A stretch of DNA of 64,000 nt from Lama guanicoe (Eukaryota). The notes under the pieces are model-generated. The model ran no database searches, had not been told where the DNA came from, and saw only the letters and a list, made by a program, of their open reading frames with translations. The stretch spans positions 2,310,283 to 2,374,282 of the forward strand of contig MU053561.1 of the NCBI GenBank assembly GCA_013239625.1, written 5' to 3'. The position numbers were made by a program, and so were the translations under genes. Positions 52,170-64,000 of the stretch are shown here, in pieces (the first letter of the stretch is position 1; every line of letters begins with the position of its first letter).

Positions 52170-52770
52170 TTATGATTTCTTAAAATCCTGAGTTGGCTGG
52201 GTGGTTCGTTTAGTTTCACTGGGCATAGCCTGCGTCTGCTTTCAGCTGAAGGGGATCAGGGGACTGGGTGCGTCTGAATGGCTGGCATGACTAGGCCTCT
52301 CTCTTCATGGAGTTGTTCTTCCTCAAGGAGGCTAAACTAGGCTTACTCATGTGGTCAGGGCAGTGTGCGCAAGTGCTTCCTAAGTCTCTGCTTGGTTCAA
52401 GTTTACTGATACTACCTTAGTCAAAGTAAATCAAAGTAAGCCATGTGATCACACGTGCCCCAGCACACGTACTTCCATCTCTATTTGTTTCACCTTTACT
52501 GGCATCCCATTGGTCAAAGTAAGTCACGTGATCACACGTGCCCCAGCACACGTACTTCCATCTCTACTTGCTTCACGTTTACTGGCATCCCATTGGTCAA
52601 AGTAAGTCACGTGATCACACGTGCCCCAGCACACGTACTTCCATCTCTACTTGCTTCACGTTTACTGGCATCCCATTGGTCAGAGCAAGGTATGTGATCA
52701 AGCTCAGCATCAATGTGAGAGGGGATGGACTCTACATTGTGAGAGGTGTGGGGCCCTCCTGTTACGGTCT
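52170..52770 (-). mobile_element. MaLR (MLT1-type) LTR remnant; another piece lies at about 51690-51755
   Basis: ggcctctctcttcatgg...cctcaaggaggctaaactaggcttactcatgtggt; cccattggtcaaagtaagtcac; tatctattgctgcat...tagtggcttaaaa. Confidence 0.65.
52430..52678. repeat. 83-bp tandem repeat, 3 copies (plus a diverged partial copy upstream)
   Basis: Units start at 52430, 52513 and 52596. Copies 2 and 3 are identical and copy 1 differs at 6 positions. The ORF track shows MPQHTYFHLY at 52455, 52538 and 52621. Confidence 0.97.
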
Positions 52771-54389
52771 ACCACATCTCCCTCTGTTTACTTTTTCCTT
52801 TCCTTCTGGAATTCTTGTTAAAATCCCTGCTTCTTGCTTTCATTATTCTTACCTTTGCTAATTTATTTTTCTTCACTTTATTTCTTCCTAATGCCTTATA
52901 AGATAGTTCCTCAGCCTAATCTTTTGTTCACTGGGTGCAAATTTGTCTTGATCCATTCTGTTCTTTATCTGTTCAACTGAGTTCCTTAATTAAACTTACA
53001 TTTTTCCTACCTGGTATTTTTACTTGAGCTTTTAAAAAATGATTGTATTCACTTCGTGTTAATATCCTATTTGTCCCTCTCTGATTTCATATACTATACT
53101 TACTTCAATTTTTAAAATCTGTCCATCTCATCTAGTATGGATAATTCCGTTTATTACCTTTCTTTTATTAGTGGCTGCAGTCCTCAGCTATCTGGGCACT
53201 TGTTTCTGTAGTTTCGTCTTGCCTTATAGGCATTAGCTATTCGGCTGTGCCCTTAGTGCAGAGAAGCCTACACTCAGCCTCTCTTTTGTGTCATTCCTGC
53301 TGATTTAAAGGAGGATGGAGAGGGCCTCCCAGGGAAGAGAATCAGTGAATGAGAGCCTCAGTCTGACCATCTCTGATTGCTGCCTTCTCTTCAGGCCATC
53401 TTGTCCCCATAGTCTAAGTCCCCAAACTTTTGTTTGTTTTAGTATTGTTTTGCTTTCGTGTTATCAAGAGTTTTACTTTCTCGACAGGAAGGCAGGAGGA
53501 AGGGACTCCTTGGTCTAACCCTTGCTCCTGTGGCCCTTCACACCAAGCTTCTGGACACACACCATGTTAATACACCAACCCTCTGCTGGCCTGGGATTTT
53601 ATTTTCCTGGCTCGCAGTAAAGTTGGGCCAGGCAGCGACCCATTCAGGGCAGTTTTCTTTTTAAATCTTTTAGAAAGTTGTCTCCACTTTGACTTTCCCT
53701 CTTAAGGGGAGTTATCCACATGCCAACTATACCGCCACTTGGAGCCTGAAGGCCCACCTCGCAGTCTCAGCTGAGTCTGTCAAACTTAACACCTTAATGA
53801 AATCCCCTCCTTGTGACGGTGAGCACTTATCAGTAATCTCAAAATTCTCTGGCTCTTAGAACTGTCATCCCCCTGCTGTCTTCTAGTCTGGTGGCTTCCT
53901 TCTTGTTTGTTTGGCTGTCTTAGTCATCCATCTCTATTTTTGCCACAGGGAGTCAGGAAGATTAAAAACCACACCGTCACAGCCACCGTCTTGCTTCTAT
54001 TCCCCTTTCGGCTTCATTTTTTCGTCTCATTGACGGGGCAATTTTCTGACACACTAAACTGATGAGATTCTTTCTGGCTCAAATACATTTAAGACCTTTC
54101 TTTTCCCTGTTGGACAACAACCAAAATCCTAGAGGCCCTCCACTATCTCAGGTCCCCTCCTTATGCAACCTTGTTTCTCATCTCACACAAGCCCTCTCTT
54201 TCTTGGGGAACAGATGAGGCTCCTCCCTGCTTCTGCCTCTGCTCAGTATGTTTCCCTAACCCCGAATACCCCTAGCTTTCCCATCTTGCTGGCCAAGTCT
54301 TCCCCATCCTCAGGGACCCATTCAAGTCTCACCTTCCTAAGACCTCCGCTCCCACCCTCTGTTCTTTCAACAGCTCGTCACTGTGAACG

Positions 54390-54600
54390 CTGTATTTATT
54401 GAGCACTTATGTTTAAATGCCAGGCACCAGGCACTGCAAAACGCTCTACATGCATTATCTTAGTTAATCCTGAACCCTATGAGACACAACAATTACTATC
54501 CAATTTTAAGAAAACTGAAACTCAGAGAGGCTAAAAATAACATGGACAAGGTAATCGTCAGGGGCAAAATAGGGATTTAAACCTACACTGTGTCTTCAGA
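54390..54600 (-). mobile_element. MIR SINE
   Basis: tatttattgagcacttatg...tgccaggcac...aaactgaaactcagagaggctaa. Confidence 0.8.
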
Positions 54601-55904
54601 GACTACATTCTCAAGCTTTTTGCTATGCAGGTCTCAGAGATGTAACTTAACTTTTTTGGTGAACATCCTTCCAGACATTCCTTTATCTGTCTTTCTGTTT
54701 CTAGATTCACAGATACACATTCTCTCTCTCTCTCCCTCCCTCTGTCTTTCTCTCTCACACACATGTGCACTCATAGATAGAAGAAGGTTTTGCATAAATT
54801 TTATAGAAATTTGCATAAATCACTCCCTTGATTCTTACAGTTATTAGCTATAGAACCAGAAGCAGTCCTGTCTAGTTTTGCCTTCCAACTAGATTTTAAG
54901 GTTCTTGGTGGCCTCTTGCTTCTGAATATCTCCTTTCACTGCAATTAATTCAGTCCTGAGTACTGAGCAGGTACCTTACAAATGCTTGTTGATGGACTCA
55001 CATAAGAAAAAATATAACTGGAAACAGCTGATTTACAGATAGAGTCACCGATATGCTGTCACAAAGGCCTAAGAGGCAGGAGAAATGTCTCTTATCTCCC
55101 TCTGGGCTCACACTTCCAGGTGATTTTAGGCAAGATACTGTGGTGGGGGGGTTAGGAAATGAAGATCCTGTGTGCAGCTGTGAAGGAAGGCCAGGCCCGT
55201 CTGGCATGGTCACCAGCCCGCATTCTGCGGAGGGAGGTTCAGAGCCGAAGGGAAGTAACATCTATCAACTGCTAGGAGCTTCCTGCAGAGGCTGGAGCAC
55301 ACATGTGCCAAGGATAATTGCTGGCGGGAGGAGGGGCAGGAACAGGAGAGCCAGTCCTTGTGCTCGCCCAGCAGGATGTGGAAAATTCAGCTGGGTTCTT
55401 TTTATAGTTTCAATCATCCCTGGTAATGAAGATGCTGCAATTAGAACTCAGCTGGCAGTTGTGCTGGGATGTGTGAGGCAGAATAGAATCCTGGGTCTGC
55501 AGGAGGGCAGGCCGGTTTGTCAGAGAGGCTTGAAGGCACCGCCGGGAACAAGCAATGTGATGTAAAGGCGAGAGCTATTTTTACAGACCATTTTCTAGCC
55601 ATAATCACTCCTTAAATAAGTTCCACTTGGGCATTACAGCTTTAACATTTTATTTAGACTGCATTCAGCTCTCAATTATCTGTACAAAAGGAGGGAAGTA
55701 TTAACACAGATAATAAAAAACAACGACGCCACCTTTGTTTAAGCCACCGCTAATTTGGAATTTATGATCGTTTCACCTGAGCTTGATTAGAGTTTGCTTG
55801 TATATATTCTTTGAAGAGACCATTTGTTGAAAATGATTCAAGGTAGATTAGCCTGCATAAGAGGACATACTGTCTTCAACGACTTCGGCATATTGATACA
55901 TAAA

Positions 55905-56110
55905 TTTTCATTGAGCACTTCCTATGTGTTAGGCACTGTACAAAAACCTTTACGTGTATTATGATCCATAATTCTCCTAGTCACCCTATTAGATAGGCAC
56001 TCTTATTAACCATTTTACAGGTAAGGAAATGGACCTCTTGTCCAAGGTCGCAGAGCCGGTAAGTGGCTGATCCTGGATCTAAACTCAGCCCATCCTGACT
56101 TGGCCACTCT
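55905..56110 (-). mobile_element. MIR SINE
   Basis: attgagcacttcctatgtgttaggcactgt...ccattttacaggtaaggaaa...ttgtccaaggtcgcagagc. Confidence 0.8.
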
Positions 56111-57410
56111 TGCACGAAACAGTAAGCTGCTTCCAAGCCAGGCTCCTCTAATCACAAAACAACTCTGGTCACCTCTGCATGGCATCTGCTGTTAGCCGTT
56201 GGAGCTAACATCACTGCTTCTTAAAAATCTTCCCAGTAAAGGATGAGGGGGAAGCATCTGTTTCTTGCTAAATGGGAAAATGCCTCCCTCGTTCCTTGCT
56301 TGTGTGTGTACCTCTTTGGTTCCTTCTCTGCTGAATTTAAAACTCTCACTAAAACTCCCACGCTATGACAACCATCTCATTTCTCTAAACTGTAGTATAA
56401 AAACAGAAAACACATCTGCTCAAATGGACATTTCTATCCTGACAAACTCATCTGGTGAGCCCCACGCTGCAGCTAGCTGTTCAAGTCACGTGCCTACATA
56501 CGGGCTAGGCTGACGCTGCCTCTCCCTTCTCGTGGTATAAGCTCTGCGGTCCCTTGTAGTAAGCAGACTCTGGGGGTGGGGCAGTGGAAGCCCCATGAAA
56601 ATATGAAAGAGAAAGAAGGAAAACGTACTGCTTCTCAGTACTCTGATGGTTGTCGAAAACAGGGGTCTGATTTACACTTTGTAGGGGGTCATATTGATTG
56701 GCCCATTTATTACTATGTGAACTTAATTCTGTCGTGTGAGGAGCAGCCTTGGTCTGTGGACATGTTACCTGATAACATGTGACAATATTGCTAGATCAGG
56801 CATAACCATCACAAAAGGTGAGTAAACACGCATACAGCTAGCACACGTAACCCATGTGCTGGAAAACCCCCATTCGCCTGATACCCTAAGCCTGAAAATC
56901 AACAGGCAAAATGTGAAGTTCCATTTTCACTTGTAGCTATGACAATGCAGAAAGCCTTCCTTAGTGGCATTTATTGCCAACATCCTAAAAATTCATAAGC
57001 TGGTGTTGCTTTCCTAGGAAGATTAGACCAGAGGAAGTGGGTTGAAGCTGACTTAAGAGATTCAGGTGGTTCCTACTAAAATAAGAGAAGGTTTTGGATG
57101 TTTTATAAAATCATGTTTACTAATACCACACATGCACACAAAGGAGTTTTATTAAAGATGAGAAACCATTTTGAAGAAATGCTACTTTGGCCTTAGGTTG
57201 AGTATTTAGTTTTATGGAGAGGCTGCTATGTTATAACAGAGAGAGAAACCTAAGTATGGTTTTAAATATAGTGAACTCAGCCCCTCTGTGCAAATTATCC
57301 AAAAGAAATCTTTAGTCTCTGGTTTCTTTAATCTCTGGTAGATTGCCTCTACCTTTCTTCAGTCTCTCTATAGTCAATAGATACAAAACAGAGAATACAA
57401 GTTCATTTTA

Positions 57411-57587
57411 GCTTGTTTTTTTTTTTTGAGTGGGGGAAGTAATTAGGTATGTCTGTATGTATGTATCTATGTATGTATGTATCTATGTATGTATGTATGT
57501 ATTTATAATGGAGGGACTGGGGGATTGAACCCAGGACATCGTGGATGCTAAGCACACTCCCTACCACTGAGCTATACCCTCCCCCCA
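57411..57587 (-). mobile_element. tRNA-derived SINE (vic-1-like) containing a (TATG)n microsatellite
   Basis: The reverse complement reads ggggggagggtatagctcagtggtagggagtgtgcttagc...gggttcaatcccc. Degenerate TSD ACAAGTTCATTTTA (57397-57410) and ACAAGTCGATTTTA (57588-57601). Confidence 0.9.
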
Positions 57588-60532
57588 ACAAGTCGATTTT
57601 AATTTAAACAAATTTATAATGGAAAAAAATCTATATAAAAAAGGATGATCAAGTACATTCCAAGGACAGCTCTCCAAAGCCCTAATTTTGTGATCATCTG
57701 CTATTTGGAATGATATGTGCCAATGCTCACTGCTATCTATGTGGATAATTAAGAGCTGACTCTCCACACATGATAAATGTTGGCACACTCACAGGCAGAA
57801 GTTGGGCAACATGAATATGTTCTTCTGACTATTTCAGGTAAGTCAAGATGGCTACTTGAGTTCAAGGCTGGGCATGGTGGTGGGTAGGTCTGGATTTGGA
57901 GTTAAGCCCTGGACTAGGGAGTAGGTGGCTAGGATGTCAAGGATGGTGTGAAGAGAGAAGTTGAGGAGGACAGGTGAGGAGCAAGAACCAAATCAAACTG
58001 TGCTGCAGATAAAGAGTTGCCAGCAGTGAAAAGTAACAGGAATTGCTGTGCAGAGCTGCCACCCGCCATATGGTGGCATTTTGGGAGTTAGAAAAAGATG
58101 TGCCTCTGGGTGTATGCCATCTGGTGCCAGGGTTCCTGGCGAGGCAAGCATCCCTCAGGCTGGATTTCAGCTCCCACTTGTCCCCTGGGCTGGGTGCTTG
58201 TGTTCAGAATGCAACCTGTACAACCCTAGAAGGTTGCCCTGGAGTCAAGAGGAAGCGTCTGGAAAGATCCTTTGAGGGCTGGCCAGGTAAACTTGGGGAA
58301 AATATTATTAAGTTAAGAGCACTGTACACTTAACATTAAAAAATTCTGAGAAAGAAATAAAAATGAAAATCTCTACCTCCCCAAGAAGCCACTGTTGACA
58401 ATTTCTCAATGGTTCTAGAAAAGAGTTTTATGAATAGAATAGCATATATAGTATTTTATTTAAAGTGTTCCTATTATACATACGTTCTGCACCTTGGTTT
58501 TTTCACTGAATTTGTTTTGAAGTTATTTCATTTCGGTGTATGTTAACCAACTACTCTCTTTTTACTGGCTGCATGGTATCCTATCACATAGATGGACTCG
58601 AGTGTATTTCACCAGTTTTTGTTATTGGATGTTTAGATTCTATCTGATCGCTTACTATTTTGATACTTCAATAAATGTCCCCTATACCCTTCTCGGCACA
58701 TCCGTTGAGTAAGGAGAATGAAATGGAGTCACAGTGCTATGTCCACTTTAGGGTATTGTGACCAAAAGCTGAAGTGGAGAAGTTGGCCTGGCCAATCTCT
58801 TGTCTTCTACAAACCTGACTTACTGATAGTGGCTGGTGCTAAGCGGGCTCTGGGGACAGAAGGACACGGGCAGTGCATTGGAAATGCCTGCTTTGCATGT
58901 CGTGGGTCTGACACAAACTGCAGCTCTCTTTCTAAAGAGAATCATAGAGTGACGTGAGCTCGCCTCTGTGGGGCCCACCCTCCCACCACCCATGAGATGG
59001 AGAAGACCTCCCCCTACTTGACACCACGGGCTGCATGACAGAGCAGGTAAGGCTGTGAGAACAGTCCTCTGAGGGATACAGACCTTGAGGAGCAGCTGGG
59101 GATCTGGCTCCACTTGGCAAACTTATTTCAAGAAATGGGTCTTTTGAGAATTTCTCTGACTCTGTGGTTACAATCCATTTTGGAACCTCTGTGCTCTGTG
59201 GATGTTTTCCGTGGAGAGTGGCACAGTCAGCTGAATTTGCTGAGGGATGCCTGGCTCTGCTTCCTGATTTCTTCAAATGAGAAATGGAGGAAGAGTTACA
59301 TTAATGACCTTCCTTCTTCCTGAAGCTTCAATCAAATAATAGGAAAGCAATCTGCATAGTAATTCCAGCACCCCTCCGAGTGAATCCCTGGGCTCTGGCA
59401 GAGAAGAAGAGAGTGGAAGTCATATCTATAATGAAATTCGGACCCATCAGGTTCTAAATCACAGGAAGGTTAATGCAGGCTGCACAATCAAAATTGCAAG
59501 TGGCATAAAACCCCGGTCACTCGGACCACTCACGTTCTCCACAGCAGAGCCATAGGAAACGGCTGTCACACAGACACGGCTTGGGCTAACAGGGACCTTA
59601 ATCTGGGACTGCTTGAAGTACTTTATGAAGGTACCACTGACCATTCTGAGTTCTGAGTGGAAGGCTTGCCTTTTCCAGCATCTAAGCAGAAAGTACAATG
59701 GCCAGAGTCCTTGTCCTAAATCCTCAAATCAAAGGATCACAAGATGAATGGATGCTTATCATGTTTTTCCTGGATAATAGTTTAGGGGAGTTAGAGGTGT
59801 CTGGAGGGAGAAGTGCCTAACCCCAACCTTTTGAGGGTATGTACCCACAAACCTCCATTGGGCAGTCATCTCGGTCTGTGATGCTGGCAGGATTTATTCA
59901 TTCTCATGCCCTAGTGTTGGTATTTCTCACGTCCTTATTGACTATGTCAATGAAATTAAATCAAGTCTCTCTGTGATTAAATAATATTTATCTTTGAAAG
60001 ATGTAATAAATCATCACTATCCTCAAGTCTCTCATGGTGACTAAAGTACTCTGACCTAGAGTCTGTGCCTGCTGGCGTTCAGTGGTCCCTCCCCTGGAGT
60101 CCACTTGCCTCTCTGTTGCTGGGTTACCTCCAGCTCTACCCAAGACCAGCAAATCAATGGGATCTGGGCCATTGGCTCTGCACATGGTCTGGCTGGGCTC
60201 TTCCAACAAGAAGGCAGTTTAACTCCTTTTCTGTTCTCTCCTGACAAGAGCTTCAGCCCCAGCAATGTTTTGAGAATGGCTTCCTACCCAGAGACCCAGT
60301 GCAAGGCTTATCTTTGTTAAGCTCGAGGCTCTGGTTGGTCCTGGGCTGGGCCTGGTCACCACAGGTGGTGTCATGTGTGAGGTGAGCCTTTAAGCAAGTG
60401 CTGAGTGAGAGGTGCTGAATGACCACCAGTGATTCCACAGGAGCTAAGCCATCTGCATCAGCAGGCACTGCTGCCGACAGCATGCGCTTTGATGTTAGAT
60501 TTCACCCTGTCACTCTGTATTGTTGGTCTATC

Positions 60533-60555
60533 TGTGTGTGTGTGTGTGTGTGTGT
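60533..60555. repeat. (TG)n microsatellite
   Basis: About 11 TG units. Confidence 0.95.
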
Positions 60556-60654
60556 TCATGTGCACATGTGCACGCGCGCATGTGTCTGTAAGTCAGCACA
60601 CCTCATTCTCATCTCTGCTCCAGACATCTGAGCTGTTTCCAAACTATTATTTGC

Positions 60655-61182
60655 TGTATCGGTTCCTGCGGCTACTGCAACAAATTACTACAAATTTGGT
60701 GACTTAAAACTATAACAACTTACTCTCTCATAGTTCTGGAGCCAGAAATCTGAAATCAGTACCACTGGACCAAAGTCAAGATGGTAGCAGGGCCGTGTTC
60801 CTTGCATAGGCTCTCAGGAAGAATCCGTGCCTTGCCTCTTCCAGTTTCGGGTGGCAGCCAGCATTACTTGGTTTGTGGCTGTGTCACTCCAGTTTTCTGG
60901 GCCAGCATCTTCAAATCTCTCTTTGCTATGTCTTCACATGGCCTTCGCCTCTGTGTGTGTGTGTCTCATCTTCCTCATCCTCCCTGTATAAGCGCGTCCA
61001 TGTGTAAGGATGCATGTGATTGCATTTAGGAGCCACCCAGATCATGTAGGATAATCTCCTCCTCTCAGGATCCTTAATTTTACCACATCTGCAAAGATCC
61101 CTCTTCCAAATAAGGTAATGTTATCAGTTTTGGGAATTAAGATCTGATTGATATCTTTGAGGAACATGATTCAGCCTACTAG
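60655..61182 (-). mobile_element. MaLR MLT1 (A-C type) solo LTR
   Basis: aacaaattactacaaatttggtgacttaaaac...ctctcatagttctggagccagaaatctgaaatca...tgattgcatttagg...cacatctgcaaagatccctcttccaaataaggtaa. Confidence 0.88.
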
Positions 61183-62809
61183 GCATGCTGCTTCTATATA
61201 TTTCCCATGTTGCTGTGTACACATGATAGGGGCTTTATAAATGCTTCTTTAATTGTATCAAACATTTATTGGAGTGAGCCCCGAAGTTTGAAAGATCAGA
61301 ACTGATTGAAAAGGACCTCACACCAGATTTTCCCCTTCAGGAGGAAGGAGACCAACACATGGGCACATAAGACACTGTCCTAGGCTTTTCCCATCCTCTG
61401 ACTCACTGAATTCTCCCTCTAGCTTGTGTTCCCTACTGGAGTGAACCCCAAAAGAAGGAATGGAAAGAGAAAGGAGGTAACCAAGTAGAAGAGGAAGTGA
61501 GAAATTGTGTTGGGGTTATTTTTCTCTTGCCCAGAAGGTGGAGGATAAAATCAAAGTCTTAGGGAAAAGGACTGGAACATTGATTTCATTCCTTCTGTGC
61601 ACTCACCCGTCAAGTTCTACTCACATGAAAGGATAACTCCGATGAGCACGAACCTCTAAGTGTGATGGTCACGGGTGCGTCTGAAATCAGGCCCTCGATA
61701 AGCAGCCAATTTTCCCATGAGTCTGGGACAGCTTCTGTCTCTTCAGACTTCTGTGTAGTTGATATGTTCGTAAATCAATAGAACACACCTTCCTCTCCCC
61801 ACCCAGAGAGACAAACTGGATTTGGCTTTAGAATAATAATAATAAAAAAATCCAAGAGGAATCTGAAGTTTGGGGCTGGAGAAAGAAAACATTTAGTTTA
61901 GAGAAAGTCTGGGAATAGCCGGAATACAGAGTTATTGGACAATCAGGGGCAGGGACATTTATCAGACAGAGTAGGAGAGAGGAGTCATCTGTTGCCCGAA
62001 GACACGAGGATAATTGGGCGCAGAGACAGCCATTCAGACTGCGAGAAATAAAGGTTAGGGAGCCAAGCAGAGAGGAATGTTGTCTGTTCCTGTTTCAAGC
62101 AGAACTTCCTTCATGATAAAAAGAGTCTCTGAACCACTTCATAGAGTGTTTCCTTCACTCTGTACTTTGGTATCCAGCTTAATTTCATTTTTCCCTCCCT
62201 TCTCCAAATTCCACCATCTTCCTAGATGCTAGTTGTTATAGACAACCCATCTCAGAGCTGAGGATGACATTGATTCTCCTCTCACCAAAGTCACTTGAAA
62301 CCTAGCAAGTACACTAATGGAAACTTCTCAGCCCCTAATTAGCCTTTTCTGTCTCTTGCCTTTGACCCTGTTGGCCGTTCCCTCCTCCAAAAGCCTCTTC
62401 CTCCCCTACCAATGCTCTCTATTAGGTCTTCTACCTCTCTGGATGACTTCCTCTCCTTCATGAGCTTTCTTTCTCTAAGTCTTTTTCATCCTCCAAAGTT
62501 CTCGCATCACATTGCTTTGTGCTTGGCCATAGATGCTCTCATCCACTCCCATGGTTTTAATCACTATCTTTTATGCCTCCCAAATAGCCCTCTCCAGCCC
62601 AGCTCTCTCCCTTGAGCCCTGGACCTATATATATATACAACTATTTGTAGAGCATTCTGACCTGTATATCCTCCCCAAACTTCCATTTCAATATATTCAA
62701 ACTGAACTCCCTATCTACCACCTCAAGCTAGCTCCAATCTTGTATGATTATTTGCTGATTTAAGTATAATTGTTAGCATCACTGTGAGCTCTTGAGTTTA
62801 TTATTCTTA

Positions 62810-63310
62810 TCACTGTTTTTAAAAATTAATTTTTTACTGAAGCCTAAGAAACCTGCAGAGAAATTTCCAATCCCTAAGTGCACAGCTTGATGAATTATCA
62901 ACAAGTGAACACACTCATGTATTCATCTGGGTCTGCAAGTGAATCATTCATCAGAATCCCGAGGGCCCACCTTGCACACTTTCCCAATCGCTAACTCCTT
63001 CTTAAAGATAACCAGGGTATTGAAACCTAGCATCATAAATTAGTTTCATCTGTTTTTAACTTTATACAATTAGAATATGTATTCTTTTGTGTCCAGCTTC
63101 TCTTGCTTAACACCGTGTTTGCAAGATTCATCCAAGTGATCACTGCAGTGTAGTTCTTCATTCGCATTCCTGTAGAGTTCTCCATTATGTAAAACACCGG
63201 AAGTCATTTGTCCATTCTGCAACTGATGGACCTTTGGGCTGTTAACCACTTTAAAAATCTCACAAATAATGCTATTTTGAACATTCCAGTGCATACATTT
63301 TGGCATATAA
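62810..63310 (-). mobile_element. Old L1 (L1MB/MC-type) 3' fragment
   Basis: ctaagtgcacagcttgatgaatt...tattcttttgtgtccagcttctcttgcttaaca...aataatgctattttgaacatt. Confidence 0.8.
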
Positions 63311-64000
63311 ACCTATTCAAGCTTTTGCCCTTGGGTCTGTCATTTCTAATGCTTTAATTAGTAACATCAAAACCAAATCACACAAGTACATTAGGAAAGC
63401 CTAAATTCAAAAAGCTGTTGATACATTGTAGTAATTAGTAAAAACTAATGAAGTTAAATTTAATGGGGATAAATGTAAAATTCTACAGTTAGCTTAAATA
63501 AATGTATCATTGCACAGAATATCAGTTAAAACCAAAAAACAGATACCCAATGATATGAAAATGGTTAAGTAAATTATAGTTTATCTTCTCAGTGGAATAC
63601 TAAATATTCCCAAATGAGAATTTAAAGATTATTTGAGCACCAGAAAAATATTTCCGATACATTGTGTAACAAAATGTGCATATATGTTATGATTAATTTA
63701 GAATAATTATACATACAGATGGCAAAACCTTTTAAAAAGAAAGAAAATGCTAGAATGATGAAATTAGATTCAATTTACTTTCAAAATTAGCTTTAATATT
63801 TTTATGATGTTATTTCAGTGAAAATTAAAAATACAAATTTTCAAAATTTTTGGGCAGGTACAGATACAGGTAAGGAAGCAGAGATGTGAAAATGAGATAC
63901 TTCACGCTTTTAACCCACTTGGGGATAAAATGCATTAATCTTGTAGGTTGTTATGAAGACGAAAAGTTGTGCAAGCCCAGTAACTGTTGGAGACGGCCGT

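Noticed and set aside
52430..52700. CRISPR-like array or repeated peptide gene (MPQHTYFHLY ORFs)
   Set aside because: The units are head-to-tail with no unique spacers, in mammalian DNA. The 83-bp period is not a multiple of 3, so the ORFs are a by-product of the repeat.
55053..55565. 170-aa ORF
   Set aside because: It has no recognisable family similarity, no supporting exon structure and unremarkable composition. I cannot fully exclude it without a homology search.
8000..64000. Exons of a neighbouring gene such as VTCN1, which lies upstream of MAN1A2 in human
   Set aside because: I recognised no matching peptide or Ig-domain exon in the ORF track or by eye. Very short or non-coding exons could have been missed.

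Overview
This is mammalian genomic DNA, most likely camelid, judging from three tRNA-derived SINEs of the vic-1 type and a camelid-like L1 3' end. The only supported protein-coding sequence is the first coding exon of MAN1A2 (Golgi alpha-1,2-mannosidase IB) on the minus strand. Its CDS is 5829..6130 (302 nt: cytoplasmic tail, transmembrane anchor, start of the stem), with a long uORF-rich 5' leader and a CpG-island promoter at about 6600-7720. Bases 1-5828 are intron 1. The remaining ~56 kb is upstream intergenic DNA made largely of old and young interspersed repeats (L1, L2, MIR, MaLR/ERV LTRs, hAT DNA transposons) and microsatellites. I found no convincing new gene or new biological system. 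The best leads are regulatory: a chain of uORFs with overlapping ATGA stop/start junctions in the MAN1A2 leader, a competing stop-including splice donor after exon 1, and a recent 83-bp tandem triplication inside a MaLR LTR that multiplies E-box/HRE/CCAAT motifs. Repeat family names and boundaries were judged by eye and are approximate.
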